A stretch of 63,929 nt of DNA from an uncultured Bacilli bacterium (GTDB lineage Bacteria; Bacillota_I; Bacilli_A; RF39; UBA660). Below the pieces are notes generated by a model. That model searched no databases. It worked only from the letters and a program-made list of their open reading frames with translations, and was not told where the DNA came from. The translations under genes and the position numbers were made by a program. The stretch spans positions 1 to 63,929 of the forward strand of contig CANQPA010000002.1 of NCBI GenBank assembly GCA_947625635.1, given 5' to 3'. This document shows, one piece after another, positions 47,373 to 56,987 of this stretch (positions within the stretch are counted from its first letter, which is position 1; every line of letters begins with the position of its first letter).

Positions 47373-48130
47373 ACTTTAAACAACTCCGTCATTTCATTTT
47401 GTTTTGCAACTGTTATATTTTTAAACTGAATATTTTTTGTTTTTAAAGCCTTTTTTAATGTATCTAATGCAAGTTCTTCGGTGTTATTTTGTTGACTTAA
47501 ATGTGCTAAAATAACATATTTGGTATTATTACCTATTAATTTGGTTAAATAATAAGCAGAATCCTTGTTAGACAAGTGTCCCTTATCCCCTAGTATTCTT
47601 ATTTTCGTATGATATGGATAATTAGGATTATTCATTAATTTTTCTATATCATGATTGCTTTCAAATACATATAAATTTTTATTTGATATGCTATCAAATA
47701 TTTTTTCATTAATATACCCTGTATCAGTTATATACACCATAGAAGAGTTCTCTTCTTCTATTTTATACCCTTTTATATCTGTTACATCGTGTGATAATTT
47801 TATAGAATTTATTTTTATATCACTTTCTATCTGTACTACTTCATCTTTCTTCACATTTTCTAGATTCAATTTTGACTCAACTAATATCTTATCTGAAATA
47901 TATACAAGTGGTTTATATTTTTTATAAAAAGTTTTTAATCCACCAACATGGTCTACATGTGCGTGTGTTATTAAAACAATATCTATGTCACTTGGACTTA
48001 TTCCTATCAATTTTAAACTATTTTCAACATATGAACAACTAGTACCTATGTCAATCAATATTTTATGATTTTTTGTTTCGACATAGGTACAATTGCCCTT
48101 ACTACCACTTGATAACACGCTAACTATCAT
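47369..48130 (-). CDS. MBL-fold metallo-hydrolase (YycJ/WalJ-like)
   Basis: ...ILIDIGTS...LITHAHVDHVGG.... Confidence 0.85.
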   Translation of the reverse strand: MIVSVLSSGSKGNCTYVETKNHKILIDIGTSCSYVENSLKLIGISPSDIDIVLITHAHVDHVGGLKTFYKKYKPLVYISDKILVESKLNLENVKKDEVVQIESDIKINSIKLSHDVTDIKGYKIEEENSSMVYITDTGYINEKIFDSISNKNLYVFESNHDIEKLMNNPNYPYHTKIRILGDKGHLSNKDSAYYLTKLIGNNTKYVILAHLSQQNNTEELALDTLKKALKTKNIQFKNITVAKQNEMTELFKV

Positions 48131-49836
48131 CGGTAATAATTCAAAGGATTAGTAATACAAGAATATTGTGCACAAGTTCTTATTTCAAAATGCAAGTGAG
48201 GTCCTGTAGCCCATCCAGATGATCCAACATATCCTATTATATCTCCACGGGATACTGTACTTCCAACTGATATTCCACTAGCAAATGATGACATATGTGC
48301 ATAAAGTGAATAATAACCATTGTTATGATTTATCATAATATGTTTACCATATGATGTATTTCCTAAATCCTTCATAGTTTCTATTACACCATTATTTGCA
48401 GCATATATTGGTGATCCATACCCTGTTCCTGCAATATCAAGTCCACTATGGAAGTTACCTTCACCAAATACTGCCAAACGATATCCAAAATATGATGAGA
48501 ATGTATATCCACTATCTGTAGGCCATCCCCAAGATGTCGTACTTCCAACATTTGGAATATATTTAGTTCCTATGCTAATTATTTTTGGTATTGAACTTTT
48601 TATTGTCTCTTTATCAACCGGATCTACGTAAGTAATTTCTCCATTTACACTTTTTACATTTTGTGTTACTCTTTCTAAACCGGTTTGACCCTCTTGTGAA
48701 ACAATTAAACTACCTTGAGACAATGACTCATCATATTGTTCAATTGTTGAAAAATCAGTTACTTTATCTACAACTTCATATGATTCTACAACAATTTGTA
48801 TTTTTGGATCTACTTTAGAAATATTAACTTCAGTTCCTGATACTAACAAATTATCTATACCAGTATACTGTGGATTAAATATTAAAAATTCCTGAACACT
48901 TATTTGATTATTAAATGATAAAGATTCTATTGAATCACCTGGCTGTACTTGAACTTGTTTTTCCTCAAAATTGTCTCCATATAATAAATAAGCGGATAAA
49001 TCATTTGAATCTGTATATATTTTTTCTTCCACAGATATATTGGTTGCTTTATACGTTATATCTTCTTGAATGTATATATTTTCAACAATTGAACCAGTTG
49101 TTGTTATTTCTGATTGTGAATTGTTTTTGTATGACTCATACACATCACTATCAACAAAAATATTTATAACTTTCTCTATTGCATCCGTAAATGTTTGTTT
49201 GTCTATTGTATAAATTGTAATATCATCTGATTGGTTATTATTATTTTTTATTGTAAATGTGTATCCTGCTATCGTGCATGATTTTTTTTCAATTATTCTC
49301 TTGTATATTTCTGGGATAGAAATTACTTTTGGATCGTATGTATAAGTTTTTTTTATTTTTATACCATTTGGCGTATAAATGTTTTCTGATGTTTCATAAA
49401 TTTTATTTTTTGATATATAATCCTTCATTTCATAAATTTGATAATTATCATAATCATATAATTTTTGATCTTTATAAAATTTTAAATTATCCACATCTAA
49501 ATCTGTCAAATTATATAAATCTCTATTGCCTAATAAATAATCTATTTTTTCTTGCTCAGTATAATTTTCGAGTTCTTCTTTTTTAGCATATTTATCGTAA
49601 GTTTCTATAGCATCCACTTTCATTTTATAATTTCTAACATTTTCTCTTATAATATTAGCCTGATTATTTATATAATTATCTAGTTCTTCTTTCGATTTTA
49701 TAGTACCTAATAATTCACTATCAAGATATACTTTATAATATGTATATGGTTCCTTATTTGTTTGATAATCAAATCCAAATAAAAATACGATTACTGATAA
49801 TAATATAATTAAAAAATATACTCCTATTTTTTTCAT
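48127..49836 (-). CDS. M23 family peptidoglycan metalloendopeptidase with G5 domain
   Basis: An N-terminal anchor, a G5-like segment (VSQEGQTGLERVTQNVKSVNGEITYVDPVDKETIKSSIPKIISIGTK), and the M23 motifs HSGLDIAG...GPHLHFEI. Confidence 0.85.
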   Translation of the reverse strand: MKKIGVYFLIILLSVIVFLFGFDYQTNKEPYTYYKVYLDSELLGTIKSKEELDNYINNQANIIRENVRNYKMKVDAIETYDKYAKKEELENYTEQEKIDYLLGNRDLYNLTDLDVDNLKFYKDQKLYDYDNYQIYEMKDYISKNKIYETSENIYTPNGIKIKKTYTYDPKVISIPEIYKRIIEKKSCTIAGYTFTIKNNNNQSDDITIYTIDKQTFTDAIEKVINIFVDSDVYESYKNNSQSEITTTGSIVENIYIQEDITYKATNISVEEKIYTDSNDLSAYLLYGDNFEEKQVQVQPGDSIESLSFNNQISVQEFLIFNPQYTGIDNLLVSGTEVNISKVDPKIQIVVESYEVVDKVTDFSTIEQYDESLSQGSLIVSQEGQTGLERVTQNVKSVNGEITYVDPVDKETIKSSIPKIISIGTKYIPNVGSTTSWGWPTDSGYTFSSYFGYRLAVFGEGNFHSGLDIAGTGYGSPIYAANNGVIETMKDLGNTSYGKHIMINHNNGYYSLYAHMSSFASGISVGSTVSRGDIIGYVGSSGWATGPHLHFEIRTCAQYSCITNPLNYYR

Positions 49837-49843
49837 ATTTCAC

Positions 49844-51172
49844 CTAATTTTCTTCTTTTACATTTGCAACATTCACAAAAGTACTAGTTGTTCTTTGAAA
49901 CAATAATGGAATATCAACTAAAGGACCATTTCTATGTTTTCTTATTACAAATTCCATTAAACTATTCTGTTTTTCTCTTTCTTCATCTGTACAATGTAAA
50001 AACGCAACTATGTCTGCATCTTGCTCTATTGCTCCTGATTCTCTCAAATCGCTAAGTAACGGTTTTTTGTCGACACGTTGTTCTATACCACGCGATAATT
50101 GTGACAGCGCAACTACTGGAACATTTAATTCCATTGCCATTGTTTTTAAAGCTCGGGAAATATCAGCAACTTCTTGTTGTCTATTTGCACCATTTTTGCT
50201 AGTACCTTGGATAAGTGTTAAATAATCGATTACAACTAAATCAAGCCCACTAGGACTAGTCGCAAGCCTTCTACATTTACTTCTAATTTCACCAACAGTA
50301 TTTCCAGCAGTATCATCTATATATATATTTGTATTTGATAATCTGCTAATAGCTTCATTAACTCTTCTCCAATCCGAATGCTCTAAATTTCCTGTTTTTA
50401 ATTTTGAACCTTCTATTTGACCAACGCTTGACAACATACGCGTTGCAAGTTGCTCCGCACCCATTTCCATATTAAATAGAGCGACAGTTTTTTTACTATT
50501 TATTGCCACATTAGTTACTATATTAAGAGCAATAGCAGTTTTACCCATTCCAGGACGTGCAGCAATTATTATAAGTTCATGTGGATGAAATCCACTTGTT
50601 ACTTTATCAAGTTCATAATACCCTGTTGGTATACCAGTTATTTCACCTTTTTGAGATGCTAGTTTTTCCAAATCTGCTTGGGTTTTATATAATACATCCT
50701 GGATAGATTTAAATTCTGTACTCCTTAAACTTTTTGATACATCAAATATTTTTTTTTCAGCTGACTCTATAACTTCATTTATATTATTACTCGTATTATA
50801 GCTATTTGTTATAATATTAGTAGCTTCTTCTATTAATTTTCTAAGTATTGCTTTATCCTCAATTATTTTTATATATTCATCTATATTTGCCGCTGAAGGC
50901 ACACTTTCAATAATTTCTGTAAGATATTCAATATCACCAATTGTTTTTAACCAGTTACGATTATTCAATTCATCTGCTACAGTAGTTAAATCAACAACAC
51001 TTCCATTTTTATCTAAAAATTTAATACATTCAAAAATTTTAAAATGAGCATCTAAATAAAATTCACTACCATTTAACAATTCTAAAGCTTTTTTTAAAGC
51101 TTTCTTTGATAAAAACATTGCACCTAATACGGATTGCTCCGCATCAATATTATGTGGTATTTCTCTATTCAT
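49844..51172 (-). CDS. dnaB: replicative DNA helicase DnaB
   Basis: ...PHNIDAEQSVLGAMF...IIAARPGMGKTAIALN...SQLSRG.... Confidence 0.96.
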   Translation of the reverse strand: MNREIPHNIDAEQSVLGAMFLSKKALKKALELLNGSEFYLDAHFKIFECIKFLDKNGSVVDLTTVADELNNRNWLKTIGDIEYLTEIIESVPSAANIDEYIKIIEDKAILRKLIEEATNIITNSYNTSNNINEVIESAEKKIFDVSKSLRSTEFKSIQDVLYKTQADLEKLASQKGEITGIPTGYYELDKVTSGFHPHELIIIAARPGMGKTAIALNIVTNVAINSKKTVALFNMEMGAEQLATRMLSSVGQIEGSKLKTGNLEHSDWRRVNEAISRLSNTNIYIDDTAGNTVGEIRSKCRRLATSPSGLDLVVIDYLTLIQGTSKNGANRQQEVADISRALKTMAMELNVPVVALSQLSRGIEQRVDKKPLLSDLRESGAIEQDADIVAFLHCTDEEREKQNSLMEFVIRKHRNGPLVDIPLLFQRTTSTFVNVANVKEEN

Positions 51173-51179
51173 GATCCAC

Positions 51180-51617
51180 CTACTTTATTAATTCAATTTT
51201 AACATTTGCTTTTACATTTTTATGTAATTCCACTTCAACATTATGAAAACCCAACGTTGAAATATTATTAGTTATTTTTATTTGTTTTTTATCTATTGAA
51301 TATCCATTTTGTTTTAATTCTTCTACTATTTGTTTTGGACTTATACTTCCAAATACCTTACCTTTATCGCCTGTTTTAACTTTAAACTTAATTTCTAATT
51401 TTTCTAATTTATCCTTCAATTTCTTACATTCTAAAATAAGATTGATTTCATCACTTTGTTTTTTTTCTTTTTCTTTACTTACTTTATTTATATTATTTTG
51501 AGTAGCAGGGATTGCGGAACAATTATTTATCAAAAAAACGCCATATCCATCTTTTACATTTATAATATCTCCTGATTTTCCTTGCTTTTTTATGTCCTTC
51601 GTTAAAATTATTTTCAT
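51180..51617 (-). CDS. rplI: 50S ribosomal protein L9
   Basis: MKIILTKDIKKQGKSGDIINVKDGY. Confidence 0.95.
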   Translation of the reverse strand: MKIILTKDIKKQGKSGDIINVKDGYGVFLINNCSAIPATQNNINKVSKEKEKKQSDEINLILECKKLKDKLEKLEIKFKVKTGDKGKVFGSISPKQIVEELKQNGYSIDKKQIKITNNISTLGFHNVEVELHKNVKANVKIELIK

Positions 51618-51759
51618 TAAATAACCTCCTTGAAAGTCTATTTATATTATACTATAAAACCTAAAATAAAAAAAGACTATATTTTGAACTATAAGTAATT
51701 AAAAGGTGAGTAAAATAGAGATATAATCTTAAATATTTATTTTAAATTTTATATTTTAT

Positions 51760-51797
51760 AAAAAGTAGACTAGAAAATTTTTCTTAATCTACTTTTA
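51760..51797 (-). terminator. terminator after the 513-aa orphan gene
   Basis: The minus strand reads AGTAGA-(17 nt loop)-TCTACT followed by TTTTTATAAAAT. The loop is large, so this is a weak call. Confidence 0.4.
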
Positions 51798-51888
51798 TTT
51801 AAGGTTTTATGTCCTATATTTTTCAAATTATGTATCTTTATTGTTGAATTACAAAATTTCTATAATCACTCAAAGCATCTTAATAAAT

Positions 51889-53430
51889 TTATTTTTTTAT
51901 TTCTATTAATGGTAATTTATACATATTGGCAAGAGTAACTGCTTTGTTATAAATGTCGAAATTTCCATCATTTATGCAATAGACTGCCGCTATTTTTGTT
52001 TTAAATCCATCTAATGCTATTCTATTACAAATTTTAAAATTAAAAAATTCTTGTTCCAATTGAATAGGAGTTTTTAAATTTGACATATCATTGTAATTAA
52101 CTGTCGTAATATCCTCATTTTCAGTTATATAAAGGATATTATTATTATACTCACATATAAATCCTATTTGATAATCTAAATAATCATTTACCTTTTCAAT
52201 TTCCCTTTTTGTAATTAATATTGTTTGATATTTCTCATCAATAAATTGATTATTAGAACATATGAAATAATAATCATCCTGCGGATTATATGAATAAACA
52301 TCCGTTATAGTATTATTCCATATTTCATTAACTATCAAACCTACAACTTTTTCTATTTCTTTTAAGTTATAATTTTTAGTTTTTAATTTTTCATGTACAT
52401 GATCTAGTACTTTTTTACTGTCATCATCCAAAACTTCCAAATAATTTGATGTAATATAATTAATTGTAGTTTTAATATTTTTTACTCCCACTTTTTCATA
52501 TACAAATTTTTCTTCTTCTTTTTTATTTTCTATTTCTTTTATAAATTCTGATTCAAAAAATTTTATCTGATCATTAAATCTTATATTGTCACATAATTTT
52601 TCATAGGTCTTTTTTGCCGAATTATAATCCTTATCATTATAAGCAATAAATTTATAAAAAAGATTTTTAAATTCATTGAATTCTTGTAGATATTTACTAT
52701 CATATGGTATTAAATCCTCTAAATAATTTATTTTATTTAAATATTTTTCTATTTCCTTTTTTATTTTAACATTTAATATATCTAATTTTTTTTGTCTTGA
52801 AATACTTAATTTCTTTTCTTGATCTATATTTAAAAGATTTAAAATTTCATTTATATAATCATTTCTTTTAATTTGTCTTGTTAAATCATCATAACAATCT
52901 TGTACTATTACAGAATTATATAATACTAGATCATTATATTTTTTTAATAATTTTTTTCGTAAATCATCGTCTATATCTAAAGTTTTAAAATAATTTATAT
53001 TGAATTTGGACTGTCTATCATCGTTTAATTTATTTAATTCTTTTGACTTATTTTTAACTACCTTATCTAATCTAGCTAATTTTCTATATATATTATCAAG
53101 AATTTTTTTATTATTTTCAGATTCTTCCAAATTTTCTGTTAATAGTTTTTTATAATCTATATATCCATACAATGTTATAATATCTTTTATTATTTCATCA
53201 AAATCATAAGGCAATTTTTCTAACTTAGTTATATTTATATCATAATATCTTAAATGATTATCATTTCGTAATTTATTCAAGTAAGCTTTTCTTTCAAATT
53301 CATCTTGTAATTCTTCATCTCCAATTAATTGATATATTTTTTTTATATCCGAATCTAAATTCATTGTTTCAAAATATTTATCAAAAAGGCTATCACTTTG
53401 CATTAATATTTTACTGTTATTATGTTCCAT
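51889..53430 (-). CDS. hypothetical protein (513 aa), K/N/E-rich, predicted soluble, no recognisable motif
   Basis: Long clean ORF. I prefer the ATG at 53428-53430, which lies 7 nt after a GAGGTG RBS, over the GTG at 53439. Confidence 0.65.
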   Translation of the reverse strand: MEHNNSKILMQSDSLFDKYFETMNLDSDIKKIYQLIGDEELQDEFERKAYLNKLRNDNHLRYYDINITKLEKLPYDFDEIIKDIITLYGYIDYKKLLTENLEESENNKKILDNIYRKLARLDKVVKNKSKELNKLNDDRQSKFNINYFKTLDIDDDLRKKLLKKYNDLVLYNSVIVQDCYDDLTRQIKRNDYINEILNLLNIDQEKKLSISRQKKLDILNVKIKKEIEKYLNKINYLEDLIPYDSKYLQEFNEFKNLFYKFIAYNDKDYNSAKKTYEKLCDNIRFNDQIKFFESEFIKEIENKKEEEKFVYEKVGVKNIKTTINYITSNYLEVLDDDSKKVLDHVHEKLKTKNYNLKEIEKVVGLIVNEIWNNTITDVYSYNPQDDYYFICSNNQFIDEKYQTILITKREIEKVNDYLDYQIGFICEYNNNILYITENEDITTVNYNDMSNLKTPIQLEQEFFNFKICNRIALDGFKTKIAAVYCINDGNFDIYNKAVTLANMYKLPLIEIKK

Positions 53431-53498
53431 TTTTAACACCTCTTTATTCTATAGACATTTTATCATATTTTATTTTTTTTTACAATAAAAGAAGATAA

Positions 53499-55493
53499 TT
53501 ATTCATTACCTTCTTCTAATTCTTTTATGATTTCTTCTTTTGTTTTTTTAGTCAAATTTTTTACACCTTTTTCTTTTGCTAAAGACTTTAATTCTTCTAA
53601 GGACAAGTCATTCAAAGATTTTTCTTTATATTCACTTAAATCTATCTCTCCATCCTCATCAGGCATACAACCATTCTTTACTAAATAATCAATCTGTTCT
53701 TTTGTTATTGTTTCATATTCCAATAATGTGTTTGCAATTAAATTTAACAAATCTAGATTATCTTTAATAACTTTCTTGGTTTTCTCATAACATTCATTTA
53801 TAATTTTTCTTTGTTCTTGATCAATTTCAAAAGCAACTTGACTAGAAAAATTACGACTCTTATTATAATCTCTTCCTAAAAACACACTGGATTCTTGATG
53901 CTCAAATTGTATTGGTCCTAAATCACTCATACCATATTCTGTTACCATTGATCGTGCTATCTTAGTTGCTTTTTCAAAATCATTATGTGCTCCGGTAGTA
54001 ACTTCATTAAAAATAATTTCCTCTGCTACACGTCCACCAAGTAAACCACTTATTGTTTCAAGCAATTCCTTCTTTGTTGATAAAAAAGTTTCTTCCCTCG
54101 GCAACATCAAATTATATCCTCCTGCTTGACCACGAGGAATTATAGTTATTTTTTGAACTTCATTTGCACCTTCTAATTTAATTCCAACAACAGCATGGCC
54201 AGCCTCGTGATACGCAACCAATTTTTTTTCATGCTCTGTATATTTTTTGGTAACCTTAGCCGGACCCATCAATACTCTATCATGAGCCTCGTCAATTTCA
54301 GCCATTGTTATTGCTTTCTTTTTTCTTCTAACTGTAAGAAGAGCAGCTTCATTAAGTAGATTTTCCAAATCAGCCCCACTAAATCCTACGGTTCTTTTAG
54401 CAATATTATCTAATTTTACACCCTTTGCAAAAGATTTTCCTTTAGCATGTACTTTTAATATTTCTTCTCTTCCTTTTACATCAGGTAAATTAACCGTAAT
54501 TTGTCGGTCAAATCTTCCTGGTCTAAGTAATGCCGGATCCAAAACATCAGGTCTATTTGTTGCAGCAATTACAATAATACCCTCGTTTGCACCAAATCCA
54601 TCCATCTCTGTAAGTAATTGATTCAAAGTTTGTTCTCTTTCGTCGTGTCCGCCTCCAAGTCCTGTTCCTCTTTGTCGTCCTACTGCATCTATTTCATCTA
54701 TAAATATTAAGCAAGGTGCATTCTGTTTGGCTTGTTTAAACATATCTCTAACACGACTGGCACCTACACCAACAAATAATTCTACAAAATCAGAACCACT
54801 TATAAAATAAAATGGAACATTGGCCTCTCCTGCCACTGCTTTTGCAAGTAATGTTTTTCCAGTACCTGGAGGTCCAACTAACAATACTCCTTTAGGAATT
54901 CTGGCCCCCATTTGTTGAAATTTCTTTGGTTCTTTCAGAAAATCAATTAATTCTTGAACTTCCTCTTTTTCTTCTGTCAATCCAGCTACTTTGTCAAATT
55001 TTATCTTATCCTTATCACTTGTAAGTCTAGCTCTACTTCTTCCAAAATCCATTGATTTATTTGCATTTCCCATTTGCCTTGCTATAAAATAATAACCAAT
55101 AACTAATAAAAGAGCAATAGGAAGAATATTTACCAAAAAGGCTAAAAACCAACTAGATTCAGGATCTTTAGATACTTTTATATCTATTTTATTTGAACCT
55201 TTTAAATCATAAATCTGTTTTATGGTTTCTTCACTCAAAGTTGCAGATACAGAAAATGATTCGTTTTCATTATAATCTTTTAATTTTCCCTTTATAGAAT
55301 ATACTCCTTGACTACTATTTGGAGTTATTGTCAATTCTGTAACCTCATTCTTTTCTAACTCATTTAAAAATTCACTGTAAGTAAGATCATTAACTTTAGT
55401 ATTTAATACATTTATAAAGTAAAATATACCTATTATAATTATAAATAAAAATATATAAGAAATTAAGCTTCTTTTAACTACTTTTTTGTTCAT
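53499..55493 (-). CDS. ftsH: ATP-dependent zinc metalloprotease FtsH
   Basis: Walker [19 protein letters not shown], the second region of homology, and the HEAGHA zinc site. Confidence 0.97.
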   Translation of the reverse strand: MNKKVVKRSLISYIFLFIIIIGIFYFINVLNTKVNDLTYSEFLNELEKNEVTELTITPNSSQGVYSIKGKLKDYNENESFSVSATLSEETIKQIYDLKGSNKIDIKVSKDPESSWFLAFLVNILPIALLLVIGYYFIARQMGNANKSMDFGRSRARLTSDKDKIKFDKVAGLTEEKEEVQELIDFLKEPKKFQQMGARIPKGVLLVGPPGTGKTLLAKAVAGEANVPFYFISGSDFVELFVGVGASRVRDMFKQAKQNAPCLIFIDEIDAVGRQRGTGLGGGHDEREQTLNQLLTEMDGFGANEGIIVIAATNRPDVLDPALLRPGRFDRQITVNLPDVKGREEILKVHAKGKSFAKGVKLDNIAKRTVGFSGADLENLLNEAALLTVRRKKKAITMAEIDEAHDRVLMGPAKVTKKYTEHEKKLVAYHEAGHAVVGIKLEGANEVQKITIIPRGQAGGYNLMLPREETFLSTKKELLETISGLLGGRVAEEIIFNEVTTGAHNDFEKATKIARSMVTEYGMSDLGPIQFEHQESSVFLGRDYNKSRNFSSQVAFEIDQEQRKIINECYEKTKKVIKDNLDLLNLIANTLLEYETITKEQIDYLVKNGCMPDEDGEIDLSEYKEKSLNDLSLEELKSLAKEKGVKNLTKKTKEEIIKELEEGNE

Positions 55494-55505
55494 TTTTTTC
55501 CTCCC

Positions 55506-56822
55506 TTAATCATACTTTAATATTATATCATATTTTTGTTCTTTTTTCCTATCCAAATGTGATTTTTTTATACCTGGTATCCAAATTATTTCACCACTAT
55601 CATCTGTTACTATAGGATAAGTATCTCTTTGTTCCTTGGGTATTTTTGAATTTGTAAATATATCGTTAACTTTTTTAGTGCACGGCATATTTTTAACTTT
55701 GATTTTATCACCATCTTTTTTATTTCTAACATGAAATGGCAATTTTATTTCATTACTATTCAAGTGAATAACAAAATTTGATGTTAATTTAGTGTCATTA
55801 TCTATATATATTTTTTTCCCATTTGGAAGAATTATTGAATCATGAAACAAATATTCATATTTTTCCCTTTTATTATTGTTTATAACTTTAAAATTATTAT
55901 ATTCTATTATTGCTTTTTTATTATATGGTAAATCAAAAACAACATTTTTATTAGTTAAAATATATTTTTTTATAATATTTAAATGTTTATATGTTATTTT
56001 ATCTATTTTATCACCATAAATTGAATTAAGATACATTTGTAAAATATAGTCCTTTATTATTTCATCTAATTTATTAAATTTTTTTATGTCTATTACTTTA
56101 TTTTCACATATCTGTTTATATTTTTTGTTTGCTAATTTTTTTAAATAATTATCAACCAACAAAATTTTTTCATTAAATTCTAATATTTTTTTATTAATGT
56201 TTTTATTCTCTTTTTTTAATTCCGGAAGAATATATTTTCTATACCTATTTCTTGTATACATATCACTTTCATTTGACATATCGTTTGCATACCATATACT
56301 ATTTTCATCTAAATATTTTTTTATTTCTTCTTTTGACATAAACACTAATGGTCTTGCGATTTTATAACCTCTATCAATTGATAATCTTTGAAATCCTGCA
56401 TATCCTTTAACATTTGATCCTCTAACTATTCTCATTAATATTGTTTCTATTAAATCATCTCCATGATGTGCTGTAAACAACACATTTGAATTGTATTTTT
56501 CTACAATTTTATCAAAAAATTCATATCTTATTTTTCTTGCACTGGCTTCACTAAATTTATCATTAGGAAATTTATTTATTACTTTCAATTCAAAAATTAA
56601 TTCATTTTTTTTACAAAATTCTTTTACCTTTTTTTCTTCTTCATCACTTTCAGTTCTTAGTTTATGATTAACGTGTGCGACTACTATTTTTAAATTTAAT
56701 TTATTTCTTAACTGAAGCAATAAATTTAATAAAAACATTGAATCTGGGCCACCACTAACTGCCACAACAATGCATTTATTATTTAAATTTAAATCATATA
56801 TGAATTTTATTACTTCGTGCAT
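55506..56822 (-). CDS. tilS: tRNA(Ile)-lysidine synthase
   Basis: The PP-loop is VAVSGGPDSMFLL. 438 aa, immediately upstream of ftsH. Confidence 0.92.
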   Translation of the reverse strand: MHEVIKFIYDLNLNNKCIVVAVSGGPDSMFLLNLLLQLRNKLNLKIVVAHVNHKLRTESDEEEKKVKEFCKKNELIFELKVINKFPNDKFSEASARKIRYEFFDKIVEKYNSNVLFTAHHGDDLIETILMRIVRGSNVKGYAGFQRLSIDRGYKIARPLVFMSKEEIKKYLDENSIWYANDMSNESDMYTRNRYRKYILPELKKENKNINKKILEFNEKILLVDNYLKKLANKKYKQICENKVIDIKKFNKLDEIIKDYILQMYLNSIYGDKIDKITYKHLNIIKKYILTNKNVVFDLPYNKKAIIEYNNFKVINNNKREKYEYLFHDSIILPNGKKIYIDNDTKLTSNFVIHLNSNEIKLPFHVRNKKDGDKIKVKNMPCTKKVNDIFTNSKIPKEQRDTYPIVTDDSGEIIWIPGIKKSHLDRKKEQKYDIILKYD

Positions 56823-56987
56823 AAAATCACCTGAAATATATTTTATTATAAAATATAATATATATCAAGTATATTATTTAATTTTTTACTATTTTAAAAT
56901 AAATTATAAGTATTACGAAAAATAAAAAGGACTATACTGCAGAGTAAAATCCCATTATTTAAAAATTATTTAAATTTAAATAATATA

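Noticed and set aside
49487-49495. Perfect DnaA box TTATCCACA inside the M23 peptidase gene
   Set aside because: It is a single isolated box within coding sequence. There is no cluster and no AT-rich unwinding element, so oriC is expected beyond the right end of the window.
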